DNA from: a virus
Taxonomy: Duplodnaviria > Caudoviricetes
DNA length: 64,000 nt
Strand: one strand, 5' to 3'
Virus record (IMG/VR): IMGVR_UViG_3300014031_000001
Location: 54,653 to 118,652 of that record
Translations under genes and position numbers: made by a program
Part shown: positions 27,026 to 35,403 of the stretch, piece after piece
Position numbering within the stretch: position 1 is the first letter of the stretch
How the letters are laid out: the number at the start of each line of letters is the position of its first letter
Notes under the pieces: model-generated
Database searches by the model: none
Told to the model about the DNA's origin: nothing
The model's input: only the letters and a program-made list of their open reading frames with translations

Positions 27026-29020
27026 TTAGTTGATGCCCATCGTCTGCGTCGCGCGCAGCTTTTCCAGGCCATTCACGACTTCTACGAGCTTCGCCATGGC
27101 GCTCGTCGCGGCCTGCTCGGGGATCTCTTGGATGCCCAGGCGACTTGCGATGAGGCAGCTCGCCATGTGCGAGATGGCGCTTTTGAAGAGCGGAATCTTG
27201 CCGACGAACTTCTGGACGTTCTCGGGGTTGACGAAGTTGAGGCTGAGCAGCGCGTCGACCGTCTGGCTGTCGGCGAAGTAGCTCGCCTCCTTCACCAGGT
27301 CGGTGCGCAGCGCGGCCGCCGAGGCCAGCTTCAGGCGCGCCGCGGGGATCGCCGCGGCGATCTTCTCGCCCTTGAGCTGCACGTCTTTGAGGCCGTGGAT
27401 CTCAGCCGAGCCGGCGCGGTGCGCGTGTAGCAGCACCTCGGCGATCTTCTCCGTGCCGCAGCCGAGCGAGGCGAGGAGAAACTTCACCTGGTAGCGCTCA
27501 AGACAGGTGCGGTCCCAGCCGGCCTCGGCGGCGTACTTGTTGACGCCCCGCATGGCGTACTGGCTGAAGCCCGTTGGGATGAGCGTCACCGGCGTCGTCG
27601 TCAGCCGCGCGCCCGCCGTCTTCACGGCGTAGTCCTCGGCCGAGTTGGTGACCTGGTCGAAGCCCTCGAGGACCTGCCAGCGCATCTTGTGGGGGATGAT
27701 GTAGCCGCCTTCGACCTGGGCGATGCGGTGCAGCTCCAAGTCGGGGCTGATCTTCACCGAGAAGCTGGCGCCCAAGGCGTCCACGACTTTCATCTTCACC
27801 GTCTTGTCGGTGTCCTGGAGGATCGACTCGATCGTGACCGGCACGGTGGCGATGGCGTGCGTCTGGTCGGGCTGGAAGACGAAGGTTCCTGTCTGGCCCA
27901 CCGCCGGCATCGAGCCGCGAATCGCGAAGCGGTGGTTTTTCACCCGCACGCCGTAGATCTCGGCTTGGATCGTGCCCATGTTGCCGCAGACGAAGATCTT
28001 CAGGTCGACGGGCTTTTGGTTAAACGCGATGACGTGCGGGATGACGAGCCCTGTGTAGGCCACGCCGTTTTTGTTCTTGACGACGTAGTGGTCAAACTCG
28101 TCGCAGCTTTCGGCGACGTCGCGGTCGGGCTTCGCGAGGAAAATGCCGCCGTCGTCTTTCGGCACAGCCAGCAGCTTTTCACCGTTGCGGTCGACTTCGT
28201 TGATGTCGTCATTGACGTGGTCAGACACCGTCGAGAGAAAGTGGACGGCTTCCTGGCGCTTCATGGGCGAGAGGGCCGGCGAGAAGACGTTGTCGGCGTT
28301 TTGGAGAAGCGTGTATTTGTTGGGGCCGTCAAAGCGCAGCATCGAGATGTTGCGCGGGATCAAGGCGTCAGCCGAGCGACGAAACTCGTTCATGTTGACG
28401 GGCTGCAGGTTGGCGATCTTCTTGATGGCCTCGGCGTGGCCGTGCTTGTGAAAGCGCATGGCCGAGCTCGCGTCCTTTACGAGCTGGGCCTTGAACGCCG
28501 TGGCGTCGACCGACTCGCAGATCAAGTCCATCATGGGCCAGCTGGCCGACGCGTAGGCGTAGCGGCCCATGCTCGGCGGGTAGATGGCGCTCCACAGGTT
28601 ACTGTCTTCAAAGCGCGCGAGCCCACCGAAGCTTGGGAAGTCTTCAGTCTTGTCGAACACCTGGTTGGTCGAGAAGACCGACATAAAGTAGTCGGGCGTC
28701 AGCGGCAGGATCTTCTTCTCGGTGATCATGACGTCCAAGGGGTACATCATGAAATCCTTGATGATCACCGGGATGACGGCACTCTTGTCGGTCGAGTTGA
28801 GGACGATCGAGCCGGTGGCAGCGCCGTTCTCCGCGTCTTTCTTCATAAACTTGATCATCATGTTCAAGTTAGCGGCCACGGGCACGCGCTCTTTGAGCTT
28901 CTGCGTGATCTCTTCGGGCCAGCTATCGACGTCGCTGGAAAGCTGGTGCAGCGAAACGTCCTGCATCTCCGGCGTGTCGATAAAGAGATTCGTAGGAATC
29001 GATGCCAGCTTTTGCGTCAT
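27026..29020 (-). CDS. Large virion (probable head/core) protein with KxA motifs
   Basis: 664 aa. QKLA at the N-terminus; also KKIA, VKTA, EKIA twice, LKLA, VKEA. Confidence 0.55.
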   Translation of the reverse strand: MTQKLASIPTNLFIDTPEMQDVSLHQLSSDVDSWPEEITQKLKERVPVAANLNMMIKFMKKDAENGAATGSIVLNSTDKSAVIPVIIKDFMMYPLDVMITEKKILPLTPDYFMSVFSTNQVFDKTEDFPSFGGLARFEDSNLWSAIYPPSMGRYAYASASWPMMDLICESVDATAFKAQLVKDASSAMRFHKHGHAEAIKKIANLQPVNMNEFRRSADALIPRNISMLRFDGPNKYTLLQNADNVFSPALSPMKRQEAVHFLSTVSDHVNDDINEVDRNGEKLLAVPKDDGGIFLAKPDRDVAESCDEFDHYVVKNKNGVAYTGLVIPHVIAFNQKPVDLKIFVCGNMGTIQAEIYGVRVKNHRFAIRGSMPAVGQTGTFVFQPDQTHAIATVPVTIESILQDTDKTVKMKVVDALGASFSVKISPDLELHRIAQVEGGYIIPHKMRWQVLEGFDQVTNSAEDYAVKTAGARLTTTPVTLIPTGFSQYAMRGVNKYAAEAGWDRTCLERYQVKFLLASLGCGTEKIAEVLLHAHRAGSAEIHGLKDVQLKGEKIAAAIPAARLKLASAAALRTDLVKEASYFADSQTVDALLSLNFVNPENVQKFVGKIPLFKSAISHMASCLIASRLGIQEIPEQAATSAMAKLVEVVNGLEKLRATQTMGIN

Positions 29021-29174
29021 TGCAGCTTCTCCAGATTTACCTACGATGTTAGCGCACTAAGCTACGCGTCGCCAGCTCAACACACGGGGGCAGAGTTGAT
29101 TGCGTTTGGGGTCTGCCGCGGCGCGGAGTAAAATGGTTGGTTTTGTACGAGCATTCTAACACCGATTGGGGCCT

Positions 29175-29810
29175 CTACGAGAGCTTTCCACCGGTTGCGA
29201 CCCCTGAGGCAAGCGGGCCGCCGCCGGGTGGGCAGGTGCCCTTGACGTCGCCCGGCAGGTAGGTTGCCTCGCAAGCATCTGTGATGTGCTTCACGATCGC
29301 GCCACATTCGGCTTTGAGGGTAGCACTTACGCCCCCGCGCGAAGCACCGATCAGCGCGGCCAGCGCGTCGCCGTCGAGGCCCAACACCTGACCTTGTTTG
29401 CCCTGCGCCGCGGCAAGCGGCCCGGGCGAGCTGGACGAGCTCGTGGCAGACCCGGTGATCTTGCCAGGGGGGAACAAGACCTGGGCCGTGAGCATGTGTT
29501 TTACGAAGGCGGCGGCGTAGTCTTTCGTCTCTTTCGTCACGGACGGTGCGACGCCGTTGGCGACAAAACGGCCCGCCAGACTTGCCGCGACAAGCCCCGT
29601 CACCGTGCCGTTGGCGGCGGCGCCGGCGGCCAGCGGCGACCCGGCTGCCGTCGTTCCAGTGACGAGCGCGTGGGCGACCTTGCCGCCTTCTTTGATCTCG
29701 TCGACGATCGACTTCGTCAGGCCCTTAGCCTGCGGGGAGATCGCCGTGCTCGCCGGCTGACCGAGGGCCTTGTGGACGGCCTTCGCCATGTCGTCGGCCG
29801 ACATCGCCAT
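29175..29810 (-). CDS. Baseplate/spike-associated protein
   Basis: 211 aa, Ala/Gly-rich with an internal repeat; coupled to the spike gene. Confidence 0.4.
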   Translation of the reverse strand: MAMSADDMAKAVHKALGQPASTAISPQAKGLTKSIVDEIKEGGKVAHALVTGTTAAGSPLAAGAAANGTVTGLVAASLAGRFVANGVAPSVTKETKDYAAAFVKHMLTAQVLFPPGKITGSATSSSSSPGPLAAAQGKQGQVLGLDGDALAALIGASRGGVSATLKAECGAIVKHITDACEATYLPGDVKGTCPPGGGPLASGVATGGKLS

Positions 29811-31051
29811 TAGATTTTCCCTAGCGTGGCTTGGACGAGAACGATCAGCTGCTGCACGGTGAGCTGAGCATCGATGTAGGCCGACGGGTCGATCGGCGGG
29901 CTCGTCGGGTAGCCCATGTTGCCCATGTGGGTCATGGCCTGGATCGCCGTGAGCACGCCGTCAAACTTCTGGAGGAGCTTTAGGAGCGTGTCGACCAGGC
30001 CGCCGGCGGGTCCGCCAACTTCGACCTGGCCGGCGCCGATCACGATCTTGGCGGTCGTCGCGTCCAAGGTGATCTTGCCCTCGGGGGTCTGCGAGATGGT
30101 CGTCGACTGGTTGAAGCTCTTGACGTTGCCGTCGACGCCGGCGGTGATCTCGACCAGCGGGTTCTTGAAGGAAAAGTTCCCGAGCGCGTCGACCGCGACC
30201 GTGGCCCCCTGGTTTTCGAAGGTGAAGTCCCCGAGCGGCGACACGGTAAAGCTCGCCGTGGGGGTTGTGACGCTCGCGGCGCCCGTCGGTAGGACCTCGG
30301 TCACCACCTGGAAGCCGGCGAGGCCGACGGTCGCCGTGTGGCTGCCGTCGAGGTCGATCTCCTCAAGATAGGTCGCAATCGGCACCGTGAAGGGCGGAGC
30401 TCCGATGGAGGCGCCAACCTCGCGCCTAAAGACCGTTGTGCCCTCGACAGCGCCCTTTTGGTCGACCAAGGCCCCGGTCTTCAGGATGTCGGTGCGGAAC
30501 TCGCCCCGCCAGAGCGTTGCCCCGTCGGTGTCTTCCCAGGTGAGAAGGCCCCCGTCAGTCTGCATCGAGTAGTTGCGGCAGAGGTCACGGATCGAGCTTG
30601 TCGTCGGAAAGTAGACGCGCTTTAGGGTCTCGCTCGAGAAGACCTCGATGAGGCCATTGCTTTTGATGACGACGCGGTTGCCGCCGGCCGTGCGCAGGAT
30701 CTTGTCGCCTTCGCGCAGGACGACCGGGTCGTTGTCGCCGATCGTCTTACCTAACTTCGGGATCGGCCGGAAGGCACCAAGGACGAAGCCCTCGCCGTCG
30801 ATGATGGCGAGGACGACAAAGGAGCCGACGCGCGGGATCGCTGTCGACTCGTCGCCGTCGATGTGGAAGTCTGCGGCAAGCCACTGACAGCCGGCCATGT
30901 GTTGGTCGTCCATCTCCTTGCGGGGACTGAAAGTCTTCACGTCACACAGACGTTCGTTCGGGTCGACGCGCACGATGCGGCCGAACGTCAGCAGAAAATT
31001 GCGGTCCATACGCCGCGGATGCCGCCCCTCGAAGAGGCTGTAGTCGCCCAT
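29810..31051 (-). CDS. Baseplate central spike (gpV/gp5-like)
   Basis: N-terminal OB-fold 'GRIVRVD...PRVGSFVVLAIIDG', beta-strand repeats, C-terminal 'THMGNMGYPTSPP' tip motif. Confidence 0.65.
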   Translation of the reverse strand: MGDYSLFEGRHPRRMDRNFLLTFGRIVRVDPNERLCDVKTFSPRKEMDDQHMAGCQWLAADFHIDGDESTAIPRVGSFVVLAIIDGEGFVLGAFRPIPKLGKTIGDNDPVVLREGDKILRTAGGNRVVIKSNGLIEVFSSETLKRVYFPTTSSIRDLCRNYSMQTDGGLLTWEDTDGATLWRGEFRTDILKTGALVDQKGAVEGTTVFRREVGASIGAPPFTVPIATYLEEIDLDGSHTATVGLAGFQVVTEVLPTGAASVTTPTASFTVSPLGDFTFENQGATVAVDALGNFSFKNPLVEITAGVDGNVKSFNQSTTISQTPEGKITLDATTAKIVIGAGQVEVGGPAGGLVDTLLKLLQKFDGVLTAIQAMTHMGNMGYPTSPPIDPSAYIDAQLTVQQLIVLVQATLGKI

Positions 31052-31092
31052 TTATGCTGCTCCGAATTATACGGAAAGAGTAGCAAAGGGAC

Positions 31093-31100
31093 GGTATAAG
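31093..31100 (+). promoter_or_regulatory. GGTATAAG motif
   Basis: In a divergent intergenic region about 45 nt upstream of ssb. Confidence 0.7.
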
Positions 31101-31145
31101 CACAATGAAAGCCCTTTAGTAACAGCCACTTTTGGAGGACAGCAG

Positions 31146-31640
31146 ATGTCGTACAACCGCGTGACTTTGGTCGGCCACCTAGGCGCCGACCCGGAACTTC
31201 GCCACACTCCCGACGGCACCCCCGTCGCCACGATGAACGTCGCCACCAACGAACGCTGGGTCGGCAAGGACGGCCAGTCGCAAGAGGAGACGACCTGGCA
31301 CCGGGTCGTCGTCTGGCGCAAGACGGCGGAAAACTGCGCCAAGTATCTCGCCAAGGGCCGCCAGTGCCTCGTCGAAGGTCGCATCAAGAACACGCGGTGG
31401 ACGGACGATAAGGGCGTCGAGCGCTACGGCAGCGACATCGTCGCCACGACCGTGCAGTTTCTAGGCGGCGGCGAAGGCAAGGCGCGCGCGCCGCATCCGG
31501 CATCGGGCGACGCGCCGCCCGAAGGCAACCAGCGCTCGACGTCACCGTCGGCCTCGTCGTCACACTACGACCCGGGCTCTCCCGACAGCGCCTTCACGGG
31601 CAACAACAGCAACCCCGGACTCGACGATATTCCTTTTTGA
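31146..31640 (+). CDS. ssb: Single-stranded DNA-binding protein
   Basis: 'NRVTLVGHLGADPELR', 'TTWHRVVVW', C-terminal DDIPF. Confidence 0.97.
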   Translation: MSYNRVTLVGHLGADPELRHTPDGTPVATMNVATNERWVGKDGQSQEETTWHRVVVWRKTAENCAKYLAKGRQCLVEGRIKNTRWTDDKGVERYGSDIVATTVQFLGGGEGKARAPHPASGDAPPEGNQRSTSPSASSSHYDPGSPDSAFTGNNSNPGLDDIPF

Positions 31641-31855
31641 TACACCGTCTTACCGACGAATGCGCGACGCTCTTGTCGTCGCTCGCGGCGAGCTAGAGGT
31701 CGCGCGTGACGACTGCAAAACGGCACGCGCGACCTTGCCGCTTGGCGCGATGGCGCGCAAGAATCATTGACGAATGCAGTGCTCACAACTTGCAATTTCT
31801 CCAATGAACCTTATCATCGGTTGACTGCTGCCAAGCAGAGAGCAAGGGGGGTTCA

Positions 31856-32371
31856 TTGAATACTGCGGAGCTAAGTCAACGAATTGCAGAAAAAGCTGGC
31901 TTCACCCGTGTGCAAGCTAAGCGCGCCGTGGTCTCGGTCATTGCCGAGATCCAAAATGAGGTTCTTGCGGGCCACAAAGTGACGCTGTCGGGATTTGGCA
32001 CCTTCGAAAAGGTGACACGCCGCGCTCGCCAGGGCCGCAACCCCTACACCGGCGAACCCGTTGCAGTGCCAAAACGCGCAGTCGCGCGGTTTCGCCTAGG
32101 TAAGAATTTCAAGGACGCGCTGAACAGCCCAAGACACGGAGAAGACAAGTTGAAAAAGACCACCAAGAAGAAGACGAAAAAAGTGAAGGCCGCCGGCAAG
32201 GCGAAGGCCAAGCGCACCCCGGCGAAGACGGCGGTCGCCAAGCGGGCGCCGGCGAAGAAGGCAGCGTCGTCGATCAAGCCCGGCAGTAAGAAGGTCGCCC
32301 GCAAGGTCGCCAAGAAGAAGAAAGCGACGGGCCGCATCGGTCGCCCGCCGGCAAAAAAGAGCAAGAGCTAA
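31856..32371 (+). CDS. hup: HU family DNA-binding protein with Lys/Ala-rich H1-like tail
   Basis: 'GFGTFEKVTRRARQGRNPYTGE' HU signature, then about 75 aa of KKA/PAK repeats. Confidence 0.92.
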   Translation: MNTAELSQRIAEKAGFTRVQAKRAVVSVIAEIQNEVLAGHKVTLSGFGTFEKVTRRARQGRNPYTGEPVAVPKRAVARFRLGKNFKDALNSPRHGEDKLKKTTKKKTKKVKAAGKAKAKRTPAKTAVAKRAPAKKAASSIKPGSKKVARKVAKKKKATGRIGRPPAKKSKS

Positions 32372-32377
32372 AGCACG

Positions 32378-32409
32378 AAACCCCTTCTACCGAAGGGGTT
32401 TTTCTTTTA
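32378..32409 (+). terminator. Intrinsic terminator
   Basis: aaaccccttc-tacc-gaaggggttt followed by ttctttt. Confidence 0.75.
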
Positions 32410-32410
32410 C

Positions 32411-32794
32411 GTGAGAGCCGTCTATACTCAAGGCTTCCCTCCACCGCAAGGCCCCCAACGTATGCGCCCACCCCCGGTCAACGGCGTCCCGGCCGCAGCC
32501 CCCTCGGCTGTCGCGACCACGGTGTCGGTGGGCGCCGTCAACGACCTTGTGGCGACCGAGCAGGTCGTCCTCTGGACGCTCGTCGGCGGCGGCGTCCTCC
32601 TGGCCCTCACCTTGGTCGGCCTAGTCATCTATATGGCCGTGAAGCGCCGGGCGCTGTCGATGGCGGAGCACCTGGAGCAGGTCGAGCCGCGCTCGCGGGC
32701 GGCGCCCTCCAACGATGCCCCTATGACCCTTACGCAAGACGACCTTTTGAAGTCGAAAGTAGAGTCGAAAATCGAACCCGAGTGGTTTAAGTAA
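32411..32794 (+). CDS. Single-pass membrane protein
   Basis: TM segment 'VVLWTLVGGGVLLALTLVGLVIYMAV'; start uncertain. Confidence 0.55.
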   Translation: MRAVYTQGFPPPQGPQRMRPPPVNGVPAAAPSAVATTVSVGAVNDLVATEQVVLWTLVGGGVLLALTLVGLVIYMAVKRRALSMAEHLEQVEPRSRAAPSNDAPMTLTQDDLLKSKVESKIEPEWFK

Positions 32795-33055
32795 CTCCTG
32801 GGTGCGTGTGCGTGCTTCGGCGCGCCGAGCATCCGAAAGCTGAAGTAGAGCATGGAGCTGACGAGCGGCCAGCCTTCGGGCACCAAGTCGCCGATCTGGA
32901 ACATGCGCGGTCGCAAGTACCTCAAGACAGAGGGAAACAGGTGCTAGCCCTGTGCGGTCGGCCCGAGACGTCGGAGGTGGGGGTCGCGCCCCGCCTGCTT
33001 CAGCCCTTTTCCCTCCCCGCGCGGCCATCCCGCGAAGACCTAGCACGAGGCCCCC

Positions 33056-33334
33056 ATGACGAGCGCGCAGGTCCACATCGGGCAGTGGTTGGCCCTGGCG
33101 GCCATCGTCGCCGGCAGCAGCCTGATCAGCTTCCTTGTCGGGCGCCGCAGCGGCCGTGAGGACGAGCAGCTGCGTCTTTTCCCCCTCTACGGCGCCTACT
33201 GGGCCCTCTCGCGTCTTCTAGACGCCGAGCTGCGCCACGGCAAAGACAGCGTCGAGTACGGCACGGCCGTGCTCGCGGCGCGCGCCCTCGCCAACGAGAT
33301 CGCCACCAACACAAGCCTCCACCAAAACTACTAA
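33056..33334 (+). CDS. Small membrane protein
   Basis: N-terminal TM helix, RBS gagg. Confidence 0.5.
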   Translation: MTSAQVHIGQWLALAAIVAGSSLISFLVGRRSGREDEQLRLFPLYGAYWALSRLLDAELRHGKDSVEYGTAVLAARALANEIATNTSLHQNY

Positions 33335-33452
33335 AAGCCGTACCAACAAGGCCCCTTGCGCCGGCGCGAAAGTCTTCGTCAAGTTGCCGCCGGCGGCCGA
33401 CGAAAGCTCTATGGCGGGACGTCGGTAAGCGCGCTACGGTTGGGGGGCCGAT

Positions 33453-33920
33453 ATGGGAGACTTGTTTGTGGTGACCTTCCTCCCCGCGATGATGGCCTTG
33501 GCGGCAGCCGCCAATGAGCCGGCGTGTGTGCCGAACGCCGCGACCTTCTGCGCCGTGCGCTACGTCGACTGCGCCGCGCCAGGCGTCGTCGAATTCATGT
33601 CACCGTCGGGGCGCCTAAAGCCCATCGTCGTCCACATCGCCGGCCTACGTGTGCCGCGGCTTGAGACGAGAGACGCGTGCGAGCACGAGGCGGCCGTACG
33701 CGCTCGCGACATCGCGCACCGCTGGCTACAGGCCGTAAGTCGCGTCGACCTGCGTCGCTGCAGGAAGACCCCCGACCGCTTCCTGACGTGCGACGTCGAG
33801 GTTGACGGCGAGTCGCTTGCGGCGATCTTGCTGAAAGACGGCAGCGTCGTTGACGCCTACACGGCGCCGAAGAAGCCCGACTGGTGCGCCTTTTTGAAGC
33901 GGCTCGACGATCTTCCTTGA
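33453..33920 (+). CDS. Secreted thermonuclease (SNase)-fold protein, catalytic motifs degenerate
   Basis: Signal-peptide-like N-terminus; 'VHIAGLRVPRL...CEHEAAVRARD...DVEVDGESLAAILLKDG'. Confidence 0.65.
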   Translation: MGDLFVVTFLPAMMALAAAANEPACVPNAATFCAVRYVDCAAPGVVEFMSPSGRLKPIVVHIAGLRVPRLETRDACEHEAAVRARDIAHRWLQAVSRVDLRRCRKTPDRFLTCDVEVDGESLAAILLKDGSVVDAYTAPKKPDWCAFLKRLDDLP

Positions 33921-34054
33921 CACCTTTGATCTTGCCGTTTAGGCAGTTCACCGCCACAATACACCCCAGAGTTTACCTACACTGGCAGCGGTTCCTTGGC
34001 TTGGCGTGCAGTCGCGCGCCGGGCCGCCGGTGTGTTTTGCCCGCGGAGACCTGA

Positions 34055-34312
34055 ATGAGTCGGAAGTTATTTGTGGCGAAGCTCCCCTACGACATGACGG
34101 AAGCGGAGCTGCGCACGACGTTCGAGTCGTTCGGCACCTTGAAGTCGGTGCGCGTCATCATGGACCGCGACACCAAGACCTCCAAGGGCTTCGGCTTCGT
34201 CGAGTTCGAAAGCGACATCGATGCCGCGCGCGCCATTACGGCGCTCGACGGCGCGCAGGCGGGCAGCATGAAGCTCGTTGTGAAGCCTGCCGAAGAGCGC
34301 GGCGCCCGCTAG
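34055..34312 (+). CDS. RRM-domain RNA-binding protein
   Basis: RNP2 'LFVAKL' and RNP1 'KGFGFVEF'. Confidence 0.93.
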   Translation: MSRKLFVAKLPYDMTEAELRTTFESFGTLKSVRVIMDRDTKTSKGFGFVEFESDIDAARAITALDGAQAGSMKLVVKPAEERGAR

Positions 34313-34326
34313 AAAACGGAGGGCCG

Positions 34327-34524
34327 GTGTCGGAAGCTTTAGCCCCCCTTGTCATCTGGCTGAGCTCGGTCTTCTCTGGCGCCGCCCTGGGCTTCATCGT
34401 GGGCGGCAGCTTTATGAAGTGGTGGCTGCGCCGGCGCGCCCGTGACTCAGGGTTTGTGCCCTACGACGCCCAGCTCTTTGACGCCCACGACCGGCCACGA
34501 AAACGTCGGTGGCCCTGGGTATAA
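34327..34524 (+). CDS. Small membrane protein
   Basis: GTG with RBS ggaggg; TM helix followed by RRR. Confidence 0.5.
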   Translation: MSEALAPLVIWLSSVFSGAALGFIVGGSFMKWWLRRRARDSGFVPYDAQLFDAHDRPRKRRWPWV

Positions 34525-34525
34525 G
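34518..34525 (+). promoter_or_regulatory. GGTATAAG motif
   Basis: Overlaps the stop codon of the preceding ORF; precedes a structured non-coding tract. Confidence 0.5.
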
Positions 34526-34530
34526 AGGGT

Positions 34531-34661
34531 TGAGGCAGTGAGCTGTAGGATTTCCAGCGGGGGTCTAAAGAGTTCGCTGATTGTGCGCCTGCGGGCTGAG
34601 AGCCCCCTCGACTGGAGGGTTTGCGATGAATGATCTAGCCGATGTTGAATGTTCTGCCTCG
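34531..34661 (+). ncRNA. Candidate rod-shaped ncRNA
   Basis: Nested helices GAGGCAG/CTGCCTC, TGTAGGATTTCCAG/CTGGAGGGTTTGCG, GGGGGTCT/AGAGCCCCC, AGTTCGC/GCGGGCT, with many G-U pairs. Confidence 0.55.
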
Positions 34662-34684
34662 AGAGAGTCGAAAAACACACACGC

Positions 34685-34731
34685 AAAAAAGCCCCGAGAG
34701 GGGCTAGGCCGCTAAGGCGGTCTCTTTTTTT
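34685..34731. terminator. Paired hairpins terminating convergent transcripts
   Basis: aaaaaagccc-cgaga-gggct, then aggccgc-taag-gcggtct followed by a T tract. Confidence 0.6.
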
Positions 34732-35377
34732 AGCTACGGAGCGTGCGCGCCGTGAGCCGGTTGAGCGCCGCCGAGGCCTGCTTGCCGAGCTCCATGTTGC
34801 CGGCTCCCGGGCTCGCCACCGCCGTTGGCGGTGGCGCTAGGCCAGCCGAAGGCGGCGCGCCGGCGGCAGGACCCGCAGGACCCGTCGACATCGTCTCGGC
34901 GGTCTGCGGCGCCATGGCCGGCTCGATGATGGTCTTCTTCTCGATGATGGTCTTGCGTTGGCCGCCAGCGCCAGCGGCCGGCGGAGGCATGAGCCCGGCC
35001 GAGGGGGCCGCGCCTTCTTGCGCCGCGGCGGCCGCTTCGGCCTGGGCGCCCTGGGCCTCCATGTTGGCCTGGAAGCCGTCGGGCGACTCGCTTGGCAAAG
35101 GGATCCCTTGGGCCATGGCGTTGGCGTCGTCCAAGACGGGGTTGCCCTGGGAGGTCGTGTCGCCGTCGGCGCTTGGCTGGGGCTGGCCGATGTCGCCGCC
35201 CTGCTCTTGCACCTGCGCGCGCATCGCCTCCTCGGCCTGTGCCTGCGGCGACTGGGTCACCTTACGGCCGGCGCCGGGCCCCATCAGGCTGTCCTGCATC
35301 GACGGCGTCTTCGCCGGCTCGGCGCCCTGCAGGTTGGCCCGGTCGTTGGCGGTCTTGTCGAAAAGGAACTTGCGCAC
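34730..35377 (-). CDS. Low-complexity Ala/Pro/Gln-rich virion protein with F..KTA leader
   Basis: GTG start with RBS ggggag; MRKFLFDKTA. Confidence 0.6.
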   Translation of the reverse strand: MRKFLFDKTANDRANLQGAEPAKTPSMQDSLMGPGAGRKVTQSPQAQAEEAMRAQVQEQGGDIGQPQPSADGDTTSQGNPVLDDANAMAQGIPLPSESPDGFQANMEAQGAQAEAAAAAQEGAAPSAGLMPPPAAGAGGQRKTIIEKKTIIEPAMAPQTAETMSTGPAGPAAGAPPSAGLAPPPTAVASPGAGNMELGKQASAALNRLTARTLRS

Positions 35378-35403
35378 GGCGTCTCTCCCCTAGCGGTGGA
35401 TGG

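Noticed and set aside
27689-29131. Long plus-strand ORFs antisense to real genes (e.g. 27689-29131, 41335-42582, 52921-54138, 22498-23625, 224-997)
   Set aside because: Shadow ORFs caused by high GC3 on the coding strand; they show no motifs and overlap well-supported genes completely.
32794-33056. Possible small ORFs between two membrane-protein genes
   Set aside because: Several competing frames, none with a convincing RBS or motif.
34531-34661. Hammerhead ribozyme or SRP RNA
   Set aside because: No CUGAUGA/GAAA core and no SRP GGAA-tetraloop domain is visible; kept only as an unclassified ncRNA candidate.
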